Source: an uncultured Bacilli bacterium (GTDB lineage Bacteria; Bacillota_I; Bacilli_A; RF39; UBA660). From it: DNA of 64,000 nucleotides. The position numbers were made by a program, and so were the translations under genes. Numbering within the stretch: the first letter of the stretch is position 1; the number at the start of each line of letters is the position of its first letter. Location: contig CAKPHC010000006.1 in the NCBI GenBank assembly GCA_934155645.1, positions 30,625 through 94,624 on the forward strand, read 5' to 3'. The notes below the pieces were generated by a model that worked only from the letters and a program-made list of their open reading frames with translations, had not been told where the DNA came from and did not search any database. This document shows positions 55,104 to 64,000 of the stretch, in pieces.

Positions 55104-57521
55104 TTATAAATTTTCTGTATCTAAAACAATTTTATTAATTTTATAATCTTTTTCTATATCATTTAAAATTAAATTTTCTATAAATAAGGTTGCTTTAAAA
55201 TCCTTTTTGGATTGTTTAATTGCATCTTTTACTCCAGTCGAACAATCTATATCTAATTCTTTAACAACTGTTTTTAATGACAAATTGTTACTAGATTTTT
55301 CACCTCTTACTGCACTTATTACTTCACACATTAAATCACCATTTAACATTTCACTATCAAATGAATAATTTAAAGGTTTAATTTCAGTGATATGTATTGA
55401 CTTCATATCGTGATATATGTCTTGATATATTTCTTCAGTAATAAACGGAAAGAAAGCACTGAAGTCTTGTAATAATTTATAAAGTAATATATAGACTGTC
55501 TTTTGCCCTGAATATCTTGCTTTTTCTCCAAATTCTTCTGGTCTGTATAATCTGTGTTTAACTATTTCTATATAATTATCACAAAAATTCCAGAAGAACT
55601 TTTCTAAAATATTTAAAGCTAAGCCTATTTCATAATTATCTAAATACTTTATATACTCCTTTTCCATCTTAATAAAGTTGCCTAAAATCCACTTGTCAAC
55701 ATATTCAAAATCATCAAATTCTTTATCTTGATAGTCTTGAAGGTGCATTTGAATAAATTTTGAAACATTCCATATTTTATTAATTAACTTTTTGCCACGA
55801 AGTAATGTTTCTTCATTATACGTGATATCTGTTCCTAACCTTCCAGAAGCAGCCCAATATCTTACAACATCTGCTGAATATTGTTTTATTAAATCTAAAG
55901 GTTCAACATTCGAATTTCCCTTACTTTTACTTATTTTTTCACCTTTGTTTGCCATAACAAATCCTGAAATCATAACGTTGTCCCAAGGTCTAATACCAAA
56001 ATGATAATAACTTTTTACGATAGTGTAAAAATCCCATGTTCTTATTATTTCAGATGCATTACTACGCAAACTCATAGGTTTTAAAATTGATTCATAATTA
56101 TCTTTTTCACCATATTTCATGTTAATAAGTGGAGTAACTGAAGAAGTTGCCCAAGTATCCATAACATCAGACTCAGGTATGAATTCTTTACATCCACACT
56201 TAGAACATTTTTCAATTGGTGGATTATCAGTTAGTGGATTAACTGGCAATTGTTCTTTTGATGCGAATACAGGTTCTCCACATTCTTTACAATACCATAC
56301 TGGAAATGGCACCCCAAAGTATCTTTGTCTTGATATACACCAGTCCCACGCAACATTATTAACCCATTCTTCATATCTATTGTGCATATGTGTTGGATAC
56401 CAATTAATTTCGTTTCCAATTCTTAAGAAATCTTCTTTATGATTCATTATATCAATAAACCATTGTTTCATTACTGAATATTCCACTTCTCTACCACATC
56501 TTTCATGCGTTTGTACTTCGTGTTCCAATTCCTCAATTTTAACAATATATCCACCAGCTTGTAAATCATCTACAATTTGTTTTCTTGCCTCTTTTATTTT
56601 TAATCCACCATAGTTAGCTACAGAATCGATTATTCTTCCATCATTAGTAAAAATGTATTTAAGTGGTAAGTTGTATTTTTTCCACCACTCTATGTCTGTT
56701 TGATCTCCAAATGTACAGCACATAACAACACCTGTACCTTTATCAATCGCAACTTTTTCATCCCCCATAATTGGAACATTAACATCAATTACTGGAATAT
56801 GAGCAGTTTTTCCTATTAAATGCTTGTTTTTCTCATCATTAGGATTTACGAACACGCAAACAATAGCAGGCATCAATTCCGGTCTTGTTGTAGCAATAGT
56901 AAATTTTTCACCATCTTCAACTGTTTCAAAATTTACATAATTAAATGTTGTTTTAATAGTTTTGGTTTCCAATTCAGCCTGAGCAATAGATGTTAAACAC
57001 TCATTACACCATAATGCAGGGCTTTCCTTGTGATAACAATGTCCTTTTTCTATTAAATCTAAAAATGAATTTTGACTTATTTTTATTGTAGATGGGCTTA
57101 CTGTTTTGTAATACATATTCCAATCCGTACTTACACCAAGTCTAGAAAATAAATCCTGAAATTCTAATTCGTACTTATCTGTTGTTTCGTAACACAATTT
57201 TGAAAAATCTTCTCTGCCAATCTCATGAGCTTTTTTACCTTGTTCTTTTTCTACTAATCTTTCGCTTGGCAAGCCATTATCATCAAAACCAAATGGATAA
57301 AACACATTATATCCTCTTATTCTTTTGTATCTTGCAATCATTTCTGCTTGTGAATAAGAAAATATATGTCCAATATGTATTTTGCCATTAACTGTTGGAG
57401 GAGGTGTATCTATTGAATATACCTTCCTTTGATCAGGTTTAAATTCATATATTTTGTTTTCTTTCCAATAATTTAACCATTTTTCTTCTTTTTCAAGTGA
57501 ATTATACTTCTTATCTAACAT
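55104..57521 (-). CDS. valS: Valine--tRNA ligase, type-2 (archaeal/actinobacterial-like), copy A, T-box controlled
   Basis: SIDTPPPTVNGKIHIGH (HIGH), GFDDNGLPSERLVE, TTRPE, GTGVVMCCTFGDQTD (editing domain), WCISRQRYFGVPFP, KISKSKGN (KMSKS). Confidence 0.85.
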   Translation of the reverse strand: MLDKKYNSLEKEEKWLNYWKENKIYEFKPDQRKVYSIDTPPPTVNGKIHIGHIFSYSQAEMIARYKRIRGYNVFYPFGFDDNGLPSERLVEKEQGKKAHEIGREDFSKLCYETTDKYELEFQDLFSRLGVSTDWNMYYKTVSPSTIKISQNSFLDLIEKGHCYHKESPALWCNECLTSIAQAELETKTIKTTFNYVNFETVEDGEKFTIATTRPELMPAIVCVFVNPNDEKNKHLIGKTAHIPVIDVNVPIMGDEKVAIDKGTGVVMCCTFGDQTDIEWWKKYNLPLKYIFTNDGRIIDSVANYGGLKIKEARKQIVDDLQAGGYIVKIEELEHEVQTHERCGREVEYSVMKQWFIDIMNHKEDFLRIGNEINWYPTHMHNRYEEWVNNVAWDWCISRQRYFGVPFPVWYCKECGEPVFASKEQLPVNPLTDNPPIEKCSKCGCKEFIPESDVMDTWATSSVTPLINMKYGEKDNYESILKPMSLRSNASEIIRTWDFYTIVKSYYHFGIRPWDNVMISGFVMANKGEKISKSKGNSNVEPLDLIKQYSADVVRYWAASGRLGTDITYNEETLLRGKKLINKIWNVSKFIQMHLQDYQDKEFDDFEYVDKWILGNFIKMEKEYIKYLDNYEIGLALNILEKFFWNFCDNYIEIVKHRLYRPEEFGEKARYSGQKTVYILLYKLLQDFSAFFPFITEEIYQDIYHDMKSIHITEIKPLNYSFDSEMLNGDLMCEVISAVRGEKSSNNLSLKTVVKELDIDCSTGVKDAIKQSKKDFKATLFIENLILNDIEKDYKINKIVLDTENL

Positions 57522-57540
57522 TTTAATTCCTTCCTTTCAT

Positions 57541-57775
57541 AAAAAAAAGTCCATCCTAATCAAAGGATGAACTTGAAGTCCACGGTACCACCTTAATTCA
57601 TATTATTAAAATAATATGCAACTTAATGCTTTAACGCAGCTATACGTAAATTCCTACTAATAATTCAGAAAATCTGCTCCCAAGCTACTTTCAATTACCT
57701 ATTATGCAAATTTACACCAATCATTTGCTCTCTATAATAAAATTAATAATCTACTTCTCTTGTTCTCAGCAATTG
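57541..57775 (-). promoter_or_regulatory. T-box riboswitch leader (valine) with intrinsic terminator
   Basis: Minus strand, in 5'->3' order: Stem I elements TTGCTGAGAA (GA motif), AGAGAGC and GGTGTAA (distal loops); specifier region TTGAAAGTAGCTTGGGAGCA; AATTAAGGTGGTACCGTGG (T-box); then GTTCATCCT-ttgatt-AGGATGGAC + T8 (terminator). Confidence 0.85.
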
Positions 57776-57780
57776 CAAAT

Positions 57781-57809
57781 ATTATATCAAGTTTTCTTTA
57801 TATATTCAA
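57781..57809 (-). promoter_or_regulatory. Promoter of the valS-A T-box leader
   Basis: TTGAAT-17 nt-TATAAT, with TG two nt upstream of the -10 (TGATATAAT). Confidence 0.55.
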
Positions 57810-57843
57810 TAAAATTAGAAAAATTACAAAAAAAAGATAAGTT

Positions 57844-60306
57844 TTATTGATTTTTCTTATCTTTCATAACAAGTTTCATAACTTTTGTATCTTCTATGTA
57901 ACTGTCTTCAATCTTTTTACCAACAATTGATACTTCAGTTACATCACTCTTTTCAACGTCAATATGTTCAGCACGAGTACAATTTTGAATATCTAAAATT
58001 GAATCTTTTAAACATCTGATATTATCTAATGATGTTGAAATTTTTAATTCTTCAATTGGTTCTTTCATTGATAAATTACGTTCAGTTTTATATTTTCGTA
58101 CATCTCCAACTACTTTTTTCATTGCATTACCAAATTCTATATACTTTTTATCATAAGGTAACTCTGTAAATTTGCTTGTAGAAAGGAGCTCATCCTTAAA
58201 CTTAGATTTATATAATTCTTGATAAATATATTCTGTAATATGTGGAACAAAAGGTGAATACATTTTTAATACTTCAAGGAATACAGTTGATAATGTTTGT
58301 TGAGCAGCTTTTTGGGAATTGCCATATTTATTATCAGGATTATATAATCTTTCCTTTACCATTTCTAAATAATTATCACACAAATCATTCCAGAAAAATT
58401 TGTCAATTTCTTGTCTTGCTAATCCCATTTCATAATTTTCCATTTGTTGTTGGTATTTTTCAAACGTTTCATGGCATCTAGAGATTAACCATTTATCAAT
58501 AGATTGTAATTCCGTTTCTTTATTTAAATCAGCGTCTTTGATTTGCATATCTACAAACTTAGCAGAATTCCATAGTTTATTCATAAATCTTTTTGAACTT
58601 TCTATATCTTTTGTATCAAACCATGTATCTGTTCCTAATTTATTTGATGCAGTCCAATATCTTATCATATCAGCACCATAAGTATCCAATAAATCATTAG
58701 GAGACATTTTAGCGTTATTTTTGGATTTGCTTATTTTCTCACCTTTTTTAGCAAGTACAAATCCTGAAATCATCAAATCTTTCCAAGGCACTTGCCCAGT
58801 ATGATATAAACTTTTTACAATTGAATAAAATGTCCATGTTCTTATTATTTCATGTGCATGACTTCGCATACTCATAGGATATAAAAATTCTCTTTCGTCA
58901 TTTTCACCATATTTCATATTAATAAACGGTGATACGGATGAAGTTGCCCATGTGTCCATTACAGCTGTTTCAGGTATGAAGTTTTTACATCCACACTTAC
59001 AAGCAGCATGTGGATTATGTTCTAATGGATTTAATGGTAATTCCTTATCTTCCGGAATCATTACATCGCCACATTCTTTACAATACCATATTGGGAACGG
59101 TACTCCAAAATACCTTTGTCTTGATATACACCAATCCCATTTTAAATTGTTAACCCAATCTAAATATCTATTTTTCATAGATTCTGGGTGCCAATTAATT
59201 TCATCTGCAGCTTTAATCAATTCATTTTTTATACTTAAAATATCAATATACCATTGTGGAGAATTAATTATTTCTATTTCGTTTCCGCATCTTTCATGCG
59301 TACTTACAGAGTGTTCAATTTTATCACTTTTTATTAATAGACCTTGTTTTTGTAACTCTTCAACAATCTTCATTCTTGCATCGAGTGTTTTCATCCCACC
59401 AATTATAGCAACATCTGGGTTGATTGTTCCGTCAGCTTGCATTATTCTTTTTATTGGAAGATTATATTCTTTTTGCCATTCCATATCAGTTTGATCGCCA
59501 AATGTACAGCACATTACAACGCCTGTACCTTTGTTTATTGCAACTCTTTCATCTGCAATGATTGGAACCTGATTGTTATATAATGGAACGATAGCAGTTT
59601 TTCCTATTAAGTTCGTATATCTTTCATCACTAGGATTTACAAATATTGCAACACATCCACCTAGAAATTCTGGTCTCGTTGTAGCTATTTGCAAATTTTT
59701 ATTATCAACTGAAAAATTAACATAATTAAAATAACTTTTTACGTCTTTATTTTCAAGTTCTGCTTGTGCAATAGAAGTTTGGCAACAAGGGCACCATAAC
59801 ACTGGCATTTCTTTTCTATATGCCTTTCCTTTTTTTACTAGATCTATAAAAGATCTTTGTGAAACTTTTCTAGATAATTCATTAATGGTATCATAACTCA
59901 AATCCCAATCGGCACTAATTCCTAAACGTTTAAATAAATCCTGAAATTCTTTAATATATTTATCTTTTGTAGCGGTACATTTTTCAATAAACTCACTTCT
60001 AGGTAAATCTTTTGCAAATATTCCTTCTTCTCTTTCAACTAATCTTTCCGTTGGCAAACCATTATCATCGAATCCAAATGGATAATATACATTTTCACCT
60101 TTTAATCTGTGATATCTAACAAGCATTTCGGATTGAGTGAAGGAAAATATATGTCCAACATGTAATTTACCACTTACTGTTGGTGGAGGCGTATCAACTG
60201 AATAAACTGGTCGTTCATCAACACCTTTAAATTTATAGGCTTCTTTTTCTTCCCATAGTTTTTGCATTTCTTTTTCATTTTCAAGACTAAATCTTTTGTC
60301 CAACAT
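57844..60306 (-). CDS. valS: Valine--tRNA ligase, type-2, copy B (no T-box)
   Basis: SVDTPPPTVSGKLHVGH, GFDDNGLPTERLVE, GTGVVMCCTFGDQTD, WCISRQRYFGVPFP, KISKSKNN. About 60 percent identity to copy A by eye. Confidence 0.85.
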   Translation of the reverse strand: MLDKRFSLENEKEMQKLWEEKEAYKFKGVDERPVYSVDTPPPTVSGKLHVGHIFSFTQSEMLVRYHRLKGENVYYPFGFDDNGLPTERLVEREEGIFAKDLPRSEFIEKCTATKDKYIKEFQDLFKRLGISADWDLSYDTINELSRKVSQRSFIDLVKKGKAYRKEMPVLWCPCCQTSIAQAELENKDVKSYFNYVNFSVDNKNLQIATTRPEFLGGCVAIFVNPSDERYTNLIGKTAIVPLYNNQVPIIADERVAINKGTGVVMCCTFGDQTDMEWQKEYNLPIKRIMQADGTINPDVAIIGGMKTLDARMKIVEELQKQGLLIKSDKIEHSVSTHERCGNEIEIINSPQWYIDILSIKNELIKAADEINWHPESMKNRYLDWVNNLKWDWCISRQRYFGVPFPIWYCKECGDVMIPEDKELPLNPLEHNPHAACKCGCKNFIPETAVMDTWATSSVSPFINMKYGENDEREFLYPMSMRSHAHEIIRTWTFYSIVKSLYHTGQVPWKDLMISGFVLAKKGEKISKSKNNAKMSPNDLLDTYGADMIRYWTASNKLGTDTWFDTKDIESSKRFMNKLWNSAKFVDMQIKDADLNKETELQSIDKWLISRCHETFEKYQQQMENYEMGLARQEIDKFFWNDLCDNYLEMVKERLYNPDNKYGNSQKAAQQTLSTVFLEVLKMYSPFVPHITEYIYQELYKSKFKDELLSTSKFTELPYDKKYIEFGNAMKKVVGDVRKYKTERNLSMKEPIEELKISTSLDNIRCLKDSILDIQNCTRAEHIDVEKSDVTEVSIVGKKIEDSYIEDTKVMKLVMKDKKNQ

Positions 60307-60340
60307 TAGTATTCCCCCTTAAATTTTCAGATTTCTGTTT

Positions 60341-60368
60341 ATTGTAGCATAAAATTAATTTTAGTCAA
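60341..60368 (-). promoter_or_regulatory. Candidate promoter of valS copy B
   Basis: TTGACT-16 nt-TGCTACAAT on the minus strand, about 35 nt upstream of the AAGGGGG RBS. Confidence 0.45.
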
Positions 60369-60449
60369 TATTTCTAGAAAAAAATTTCTCTGTTCCTGTA
60401 TTTTTTTAAGTTATTAAGATTTCTTCTGTTTTTATCATAATTATCAGCT

Positions 60450-61367
60450 TTATATTTTTTTTAAAATTTTAGCATGATTATCGTTGGTAAAACTTCTTTC
60501 AAATAAACTCAATTGCTCTTTCTGCCTTTCTGTGTCTTTTCTTGATAAATCATTACTAACGATATACAACCAAGATGTTGTTTTAACTAAATCTAAAATG
60601 TATATTTTTTTTAATAAATCAACGTCAATTTGCTCAGTTATGTTTGGCTCATAATTATTTTTAAATGAGTTCCAAAAAGACAGTGAATTATACACTTCAT
60701 TGGAGTTTATTAAATGATTCCACATTAGCCTCTGGATATCATATTCTTTTGGAGACATTCCCATTCCATCTGTGTCTATTAATTTATACACCCCATTGAT
60801 AGACATTACGTTGAGATTATATGGATCATTATGGCATAAAACCATGTCGCTTTTTAAATGTATATTCTCTACATCCGTTTCTTTAAATAATTTTAAAATT
60901 TTTGATTTTATTTCATGATTCATTAATTCTTTCGCTGCATTTAATAAATTAATTGTTTGATTATAAAAATCATTTGAAAAACAAACCGCATATTTATTAT
61001 TTGCACTTATACTGTGAATACTACTTAAGCATTTAGCCCACCATATTGAATCTGGGTTATTTGTTATTTCTTTTAATTCTTCGTATAAAAGAACTATTTT
61101 ATCTTTAAATAATGATATATATTTATTGTCTTTCGTAAGGATTGGTTTCTCAACGCTATCTATATTTGATAAATCAGAATACAATACATTAAGATCTTTA
61201 CAATGAATTCTATTTTTATCTACTAATTTTATAAATAAAGAGCGATTGTGAAACTCTATCTTAAAAATGTGAGGATATTGTTCTAACTGACATATTTTAA
61301 ATGAAGATACTTCTTTTTTAAGATTATAGTTATTAATTATATGTTGAAATAATAGTTCTTCTTTCAT
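60450..61367 (-). CDS. APH/choline-kinase/CotS-type phosphotransferase-fold protein
   Basis: Brenner-type motif VLCHNDPYNLNVM and metal-binding LIDTDGMG. Confidence 0.65.
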   Translation of the reverse strand: MKEELLFQHIINNYNLKKEVSSFKICQLEQYPHIFKIEFHNRSLFIKLVDKNRIHCKDLNVLYSDLSNIDSVEKPILTKDNKYISLFKDKIVLLYEELKEITNNPDSIWWAKCLSSIHSISANNKYAVCFSNDFYNQTINLLNAAKELMNHEIKSKILKLFKETDVENIHLKSDMVLCHNDPYNLNVMSINGVYKLIDTDGMGMSPKEYDIQRLMWNHLINSNEVYNSLSFWNSFKNNYEPNITEQIDVDLLKKIYILDLVKTTSWLYIVSNDLSRKDTERQKEQLSLFERSFTNDNHAKILKKI

Positions 61368-61391
61368 AGTTTAAATCATTCCTTTATATAT

Positions 61392-62387
61392 CTAGTTTTT
61401 TGTTTTTGAAGAGTCATATAAAATTTTTGCTCTTTTCTTAACTGCAATTTCAGATATAGGTTGAAATTCATTTGTTGATGAAGCCCATGATTTATATTTT
61501 TTTAGATTTTCACGCATTTCTTGCCATTTCTTTTCTTCACTACCACTATGTGGTTCATGCTTTATATGATATGAACCAACTTCCGTCGGAATAACAAATA
61601 AATGCTTTGATACCGCTAAAAAACCAAGTGCAATATCTTCTCCTCCCCATCCTATAATCCATTCTGGGAAACCACCTATTTCAATAAATTCACTTCTTGG
61701 AATAGCTAAAGTATGTGATATTACCATACAAGCTAAGTCCCAAAATCCTATAGTAAAATCTTTTCTCATACCTAAATTTCTGAATTTATTACTTTGTTTA
61801 TATATTTCTAGAATTTTATCTTTTTTACAATTGTTGTATGATGATCCACAATTAGAAACTGTCAAATCAAGAAATTCATCACTAATAGGTGTAGCTATTC
61901 TCCAATCGTTAAAATAATTAGATTCCTTCCACTTTTCTAAAGTAGGAACATCTTCATAATCAACAGTATCTCTGAATCCTACAACTAATCCTTTATAATC
62001 GTTTGCACTTAATAAATTTAAAGCATTTGGTATAAACTTAGGTGATAAAATCATATCCTGATCTAAAAACAAAATAATATCTCCAGTTGCATAAATTGCA
62101 CCCGTGTTATTTGCAGCAGGAGCATTGCGGTTTTGGTCATGCTGAACTATGAGTAATTTAAAATTATATTCTCCCATAATTAAATTAGGATTGTCATCGT
62201 GGCTATCAAAAACAGTAATTACTTCATAAATAAAATTTAATTTAGACAAATGCATTAATACTTCTTTTAAATATCTAGGATGATAAACTGGAATTACTAC
62301 ACTAATTTTTTTACTTTCATAATTATTATTACTTGGGTTTTTCCAATTATTTATAAAAGATAGTGAATTGTTATATAAGTTACCCAT
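61392..62387 (-). CDS. Family 2 glycosyltransferase (GT-A) with GT7C-like C-terminal motif
   Basis: ISVVIPVYH, DxD as FLDQDM, and GWGGEDIALGF. Confidence 0.75.
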   Translation of the reverse strand: MGNLYNNSLSFINNWKNPSNNNYESKKISVVIPVYHPRYLKEVLMHLSKLNFIYEVITVFDSHDDNPNLIMGEYNFKLLIVQHDQNRNAPAANNTGAIYATGDIILFLDQDMILSPKFIPNALNLLSANDYKGLVVGFRDTVDYEDVPTLEKWKESNYFNDWRIATPISDEFLDLTVSNCGSSYNNCKKDKILEIYKQSNKFRNLGMRKDFTIGFWDLACMVISHTLAIPRSEFIEIGGFPEWIIGWGGEDIALGFLAVSKHLFVIPTEVGSYHIKHEPHSGSEEKKWQEMRENLKKYKSWASSTNEFQPISEIAVKKRAKILYDSSKTKN

Positions 62388-63231
62388 TACTCACCTCGTC
62401 AATGTCACTTTCTATTAATTTAAATGCTTTATATAAAATATTTCTTTTAGTGATAAATTCCTCTGATGTTACTGCGTTAAATAATAAATGTTTTTTTAAC
62501 AGTTCTAAAAACTTTGCTTTATTGTTCCAATTAGTTCTTAATAGTAACGCCTCATTCCACTTATCTCCAGGAAAATGAGTGTCACCTATTGCAAAAGCCA
62601 TTACCATTAAGCATCTAATTATTCTTGCTGAGATTGATTCATATAAGAAAATGTCTGCTCTTTCGGTTGCTGCTAAAAGTTTACCATTTATTAGAGATTT
62701 TGCTGTTTCAAAATATTCAAGTTTTAATGACAAAAATAACTTTTTAGGAAAATCCATAGCTATTTTTTTTAGCTCTAATAATTCCTCTGTTTCTTTAATC
62801 AAAATTTTTTCGGATGCTACTGAAGCCGCTAATCCACTGGGCATATAACCTAATCCTAAATCATGACAATCTTGAATCGGAGCTACATTTCCGCTTTCAT
62901 AATAAATTATTCGATTTTTTATGTCGTCTATATTTCTATAACCAATTTCAAAATATAAATCCTCAATTACAAAAAATGAATGTGGACCCCATGGCATGTC
63001 GTTTTCCCATAAAAATGTATCGGTCCTCTTGTGTTTTGCATTAAACTTCGCTAAGGCTTTTGTTATACTATCTACTGAAGGTGCACCTTTATGTGTATAA
63101 AAATACATTTCTACATCTGATTTTTCATCTTCTAAACCATTCATTCTTGATCCCCCTAAAGTAACACCACAACAATCTGGAATCAAAGATGATATTTCTT
63201 CCGCAATATCCATTATTATTTTTTTATTCAT
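62380..63231 (-). CDS. Pol-beta-superfamily nucleotidyltransferase-domain protein with a helical C-terminal domain (DUF4037-like?)
   Basis: GVTLGGSRMNGLEDEKSDVEMY matches the G[SG]..x(9-12)..[DE]x[DE] NTase signature. The start is 21 nt after the rel stop, and the stop overlaps the GT2 start by 8 nt. Confidence 0.6.
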   Translation of the reverse strand: MNKKIIMDIAEEISSLIPDCCGVTLGGSRMNGLEDEKSDVEMYFYTHKGAPSVDSITKALAKFNAKHKRTDTFLWENDMPWGPHSFFVIEDLYFEIGYRNIDDIKNRIIYYESGNVAPIQDCHDLGLGYMPSGLAASVASEKILIKETEELLELKKIAMDFPKKLFLSLKLEYFETAKSLINGKLLAATERADIFLYESISARIIRCLMVMAFAIGDTHFPGDKWNEALLLRTNWNNKAKFLELLKKHLLFNAVTSEEFITKRNILYKAFKLIESDIDEVSNG

Positions 63232-63252
63232 ATATTTTCCTCTTTTCTATAT

Positions 63253-64000
63253 TTATTTTCTATTAAATTCTTTTATTTTTCTTTTAGCTAAACTCGTTTG
63301 AGCTTTATCTATCCAATCTTCTCTCGGACCATATGATAGTTCATCAGTAACAATCCTAACTCTATCCTTATTTCTTAATACATAATCTATTGGTACAAAT
63401 TCATCATTTACAAATGCCCCTACCATTGTATTTCCTATATCCGTATGTATTTTATATGCAAAATCTATTGGTGTTGCCCCTTTAGGAAGTTCTATGATAT
63501 CTCCTTTTGTTGTATATACATATACTCTATCTGCAAATAATTCATTTTTTACTTGATTCACAAATTGTTGATTATCTCCAAACATAGAATTGATTTCTGT
63601 TAATGATTTGAAAAACTGAAATTTTTGTTTTAAATCATCTTGCATTATATCCCTTGCCTTTCCCTTTTGTTCATCCCAATATGCTGTTAATCCAAATGAT
63701 GCTACTTTATCCATATCAAACGTTCTTATTTGGGTTTGAACGAGTCTATCATCTGGTCCAAAAACTGTTGTATGTAAACTTTGATACATATTTGTTTTAG
63801 GATTACAAATATAATCTTTAAATTTATCGTTTATTGGGTGATATTCTTGATGAATCATTCCCAAGGTATAATAACAATTTGCTACTTCATCCACCATTAT
63901 TTTTAATGCTAACAAGTCATGTATATCAGATAATTTATGACCCTCACTTAATCTTTTATATATACCATAAATATTCTTTGTTCTTATTTTTATTTCATTT
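63253..64000 (-). CDS. rel: RelA/SpoT-homolog (Rel), C-terminal part; ends shortly after the TGS domain; 5' part beyond window end
   Basis: The frame is open to the window edge: ..NIYGIYKRLSEGHKLSDIHDLLALKIMVDE..YQSLHTTVFGPDDRLVQTQIRT (synthetase domain), then VYVYTTKGDIIELPKGATPIDFAYKIHTDIGN..VNDEFVPIDYVLRNKDRVRIVT (TGS), then only ~40 more residues. Confidence 0.85.
   Translation of the reverse strand, partial: NEIKIRTKNIYGIYKRLSEGHKLSDIHDLLALKIMVDEVANCYYTLGMIHQEYHPINDKFKDYICNPKTNMYQSLHTTVFGPDDRLVQTQIRTFDMDKVASFGLTAYWDEQKGKARDIMQDDLKQKFQFFKSLTEINSMFGDNQQFVNQVKNELFADRVYVYTTKGDIIELPKGATPIDFAYKIHTDIGNTMVGAFVNDEFVPIDYVLRNKDRVRIVTDELSYGPREDWIDKAQTSLAKRKIKEFNRK

Noticed and set aside
1-64000. 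Alternative genetic code (UGA=Trp, as in Mollicutes), considered because of the very low GC
   Set aside because: Long conserved genes (dnaE, lon, ftsK, both valS) are uninterrupted under the standard code, TGG encodes conserved Trp positions, and the genes whose stops I checked end in TAA or TAG. There is no evidence for reassignment.
1-64000. tRNA, rRNA or other structured RNA genes in GC-richer islands
   Set aside because: The only GC-enriched non-coding islands are the two T-box leaders. No cloverleaf-like or rRNA-like sequence was seen by eye. A tRNAscan/Infernal run would be needed for certainty.

Overview
This is a 64-kb, strongly AT-rich chromosomal segment from a low-GC Gram-positive bacterium (Bacillota). 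SpoIID and a YjcZ-like peptide suggest a spore-former. Gene order recalls Bacillus, Clostridia and Erysipelotrichia: ruvX-DUF1292-mltG-trmR, an M16 peptidase pair, ftsK, dnaE, sepF-divIVA, yceD-rpmF, rpsP-KH, uppS-cdsA-rseP, lon, glyQS and ldh. There are about 62 protein genes, roughly 50 of them on the minus strand. I found no rRNA, tRNA, CRISPR array, transposase or integrase. Two T-box leaders are present (Val and Gly). Four things stand out from the housekeeping backbone. (1) Five dispersed paralogs of a secreted modular protein family share a constant, possibly TasA/camelysin-like N-terminal module and carry different C-terminal domains. One tandem pair has a near-identical promoter and first 191 codons but diverged 3' halves. 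(2) Two tandem type-2 valyl-tRNA synthetase paralogs are present. Only one sits behind a T-box; the other follows a Rel / nucleotidyltransferase / GT2 / kinase-like operon. (3) An unusually compact glycine T-box precedes an unknown ORF that is translationally coupled to glyQS. (4) Single oddities include an orphan HerA-like ATPase next to sepF-divIVA, a ClpX-like unfoldase with a non-canonical N-domain, a start-less RelE/HigB-like toxin ORF with an XRE-ImmA/IrrE partner, a class II Fic protein, and a dockerin-only surface protein with a sortase-type signal. All functional calls come from motif recognition by eye. No database search or folding computation was run.
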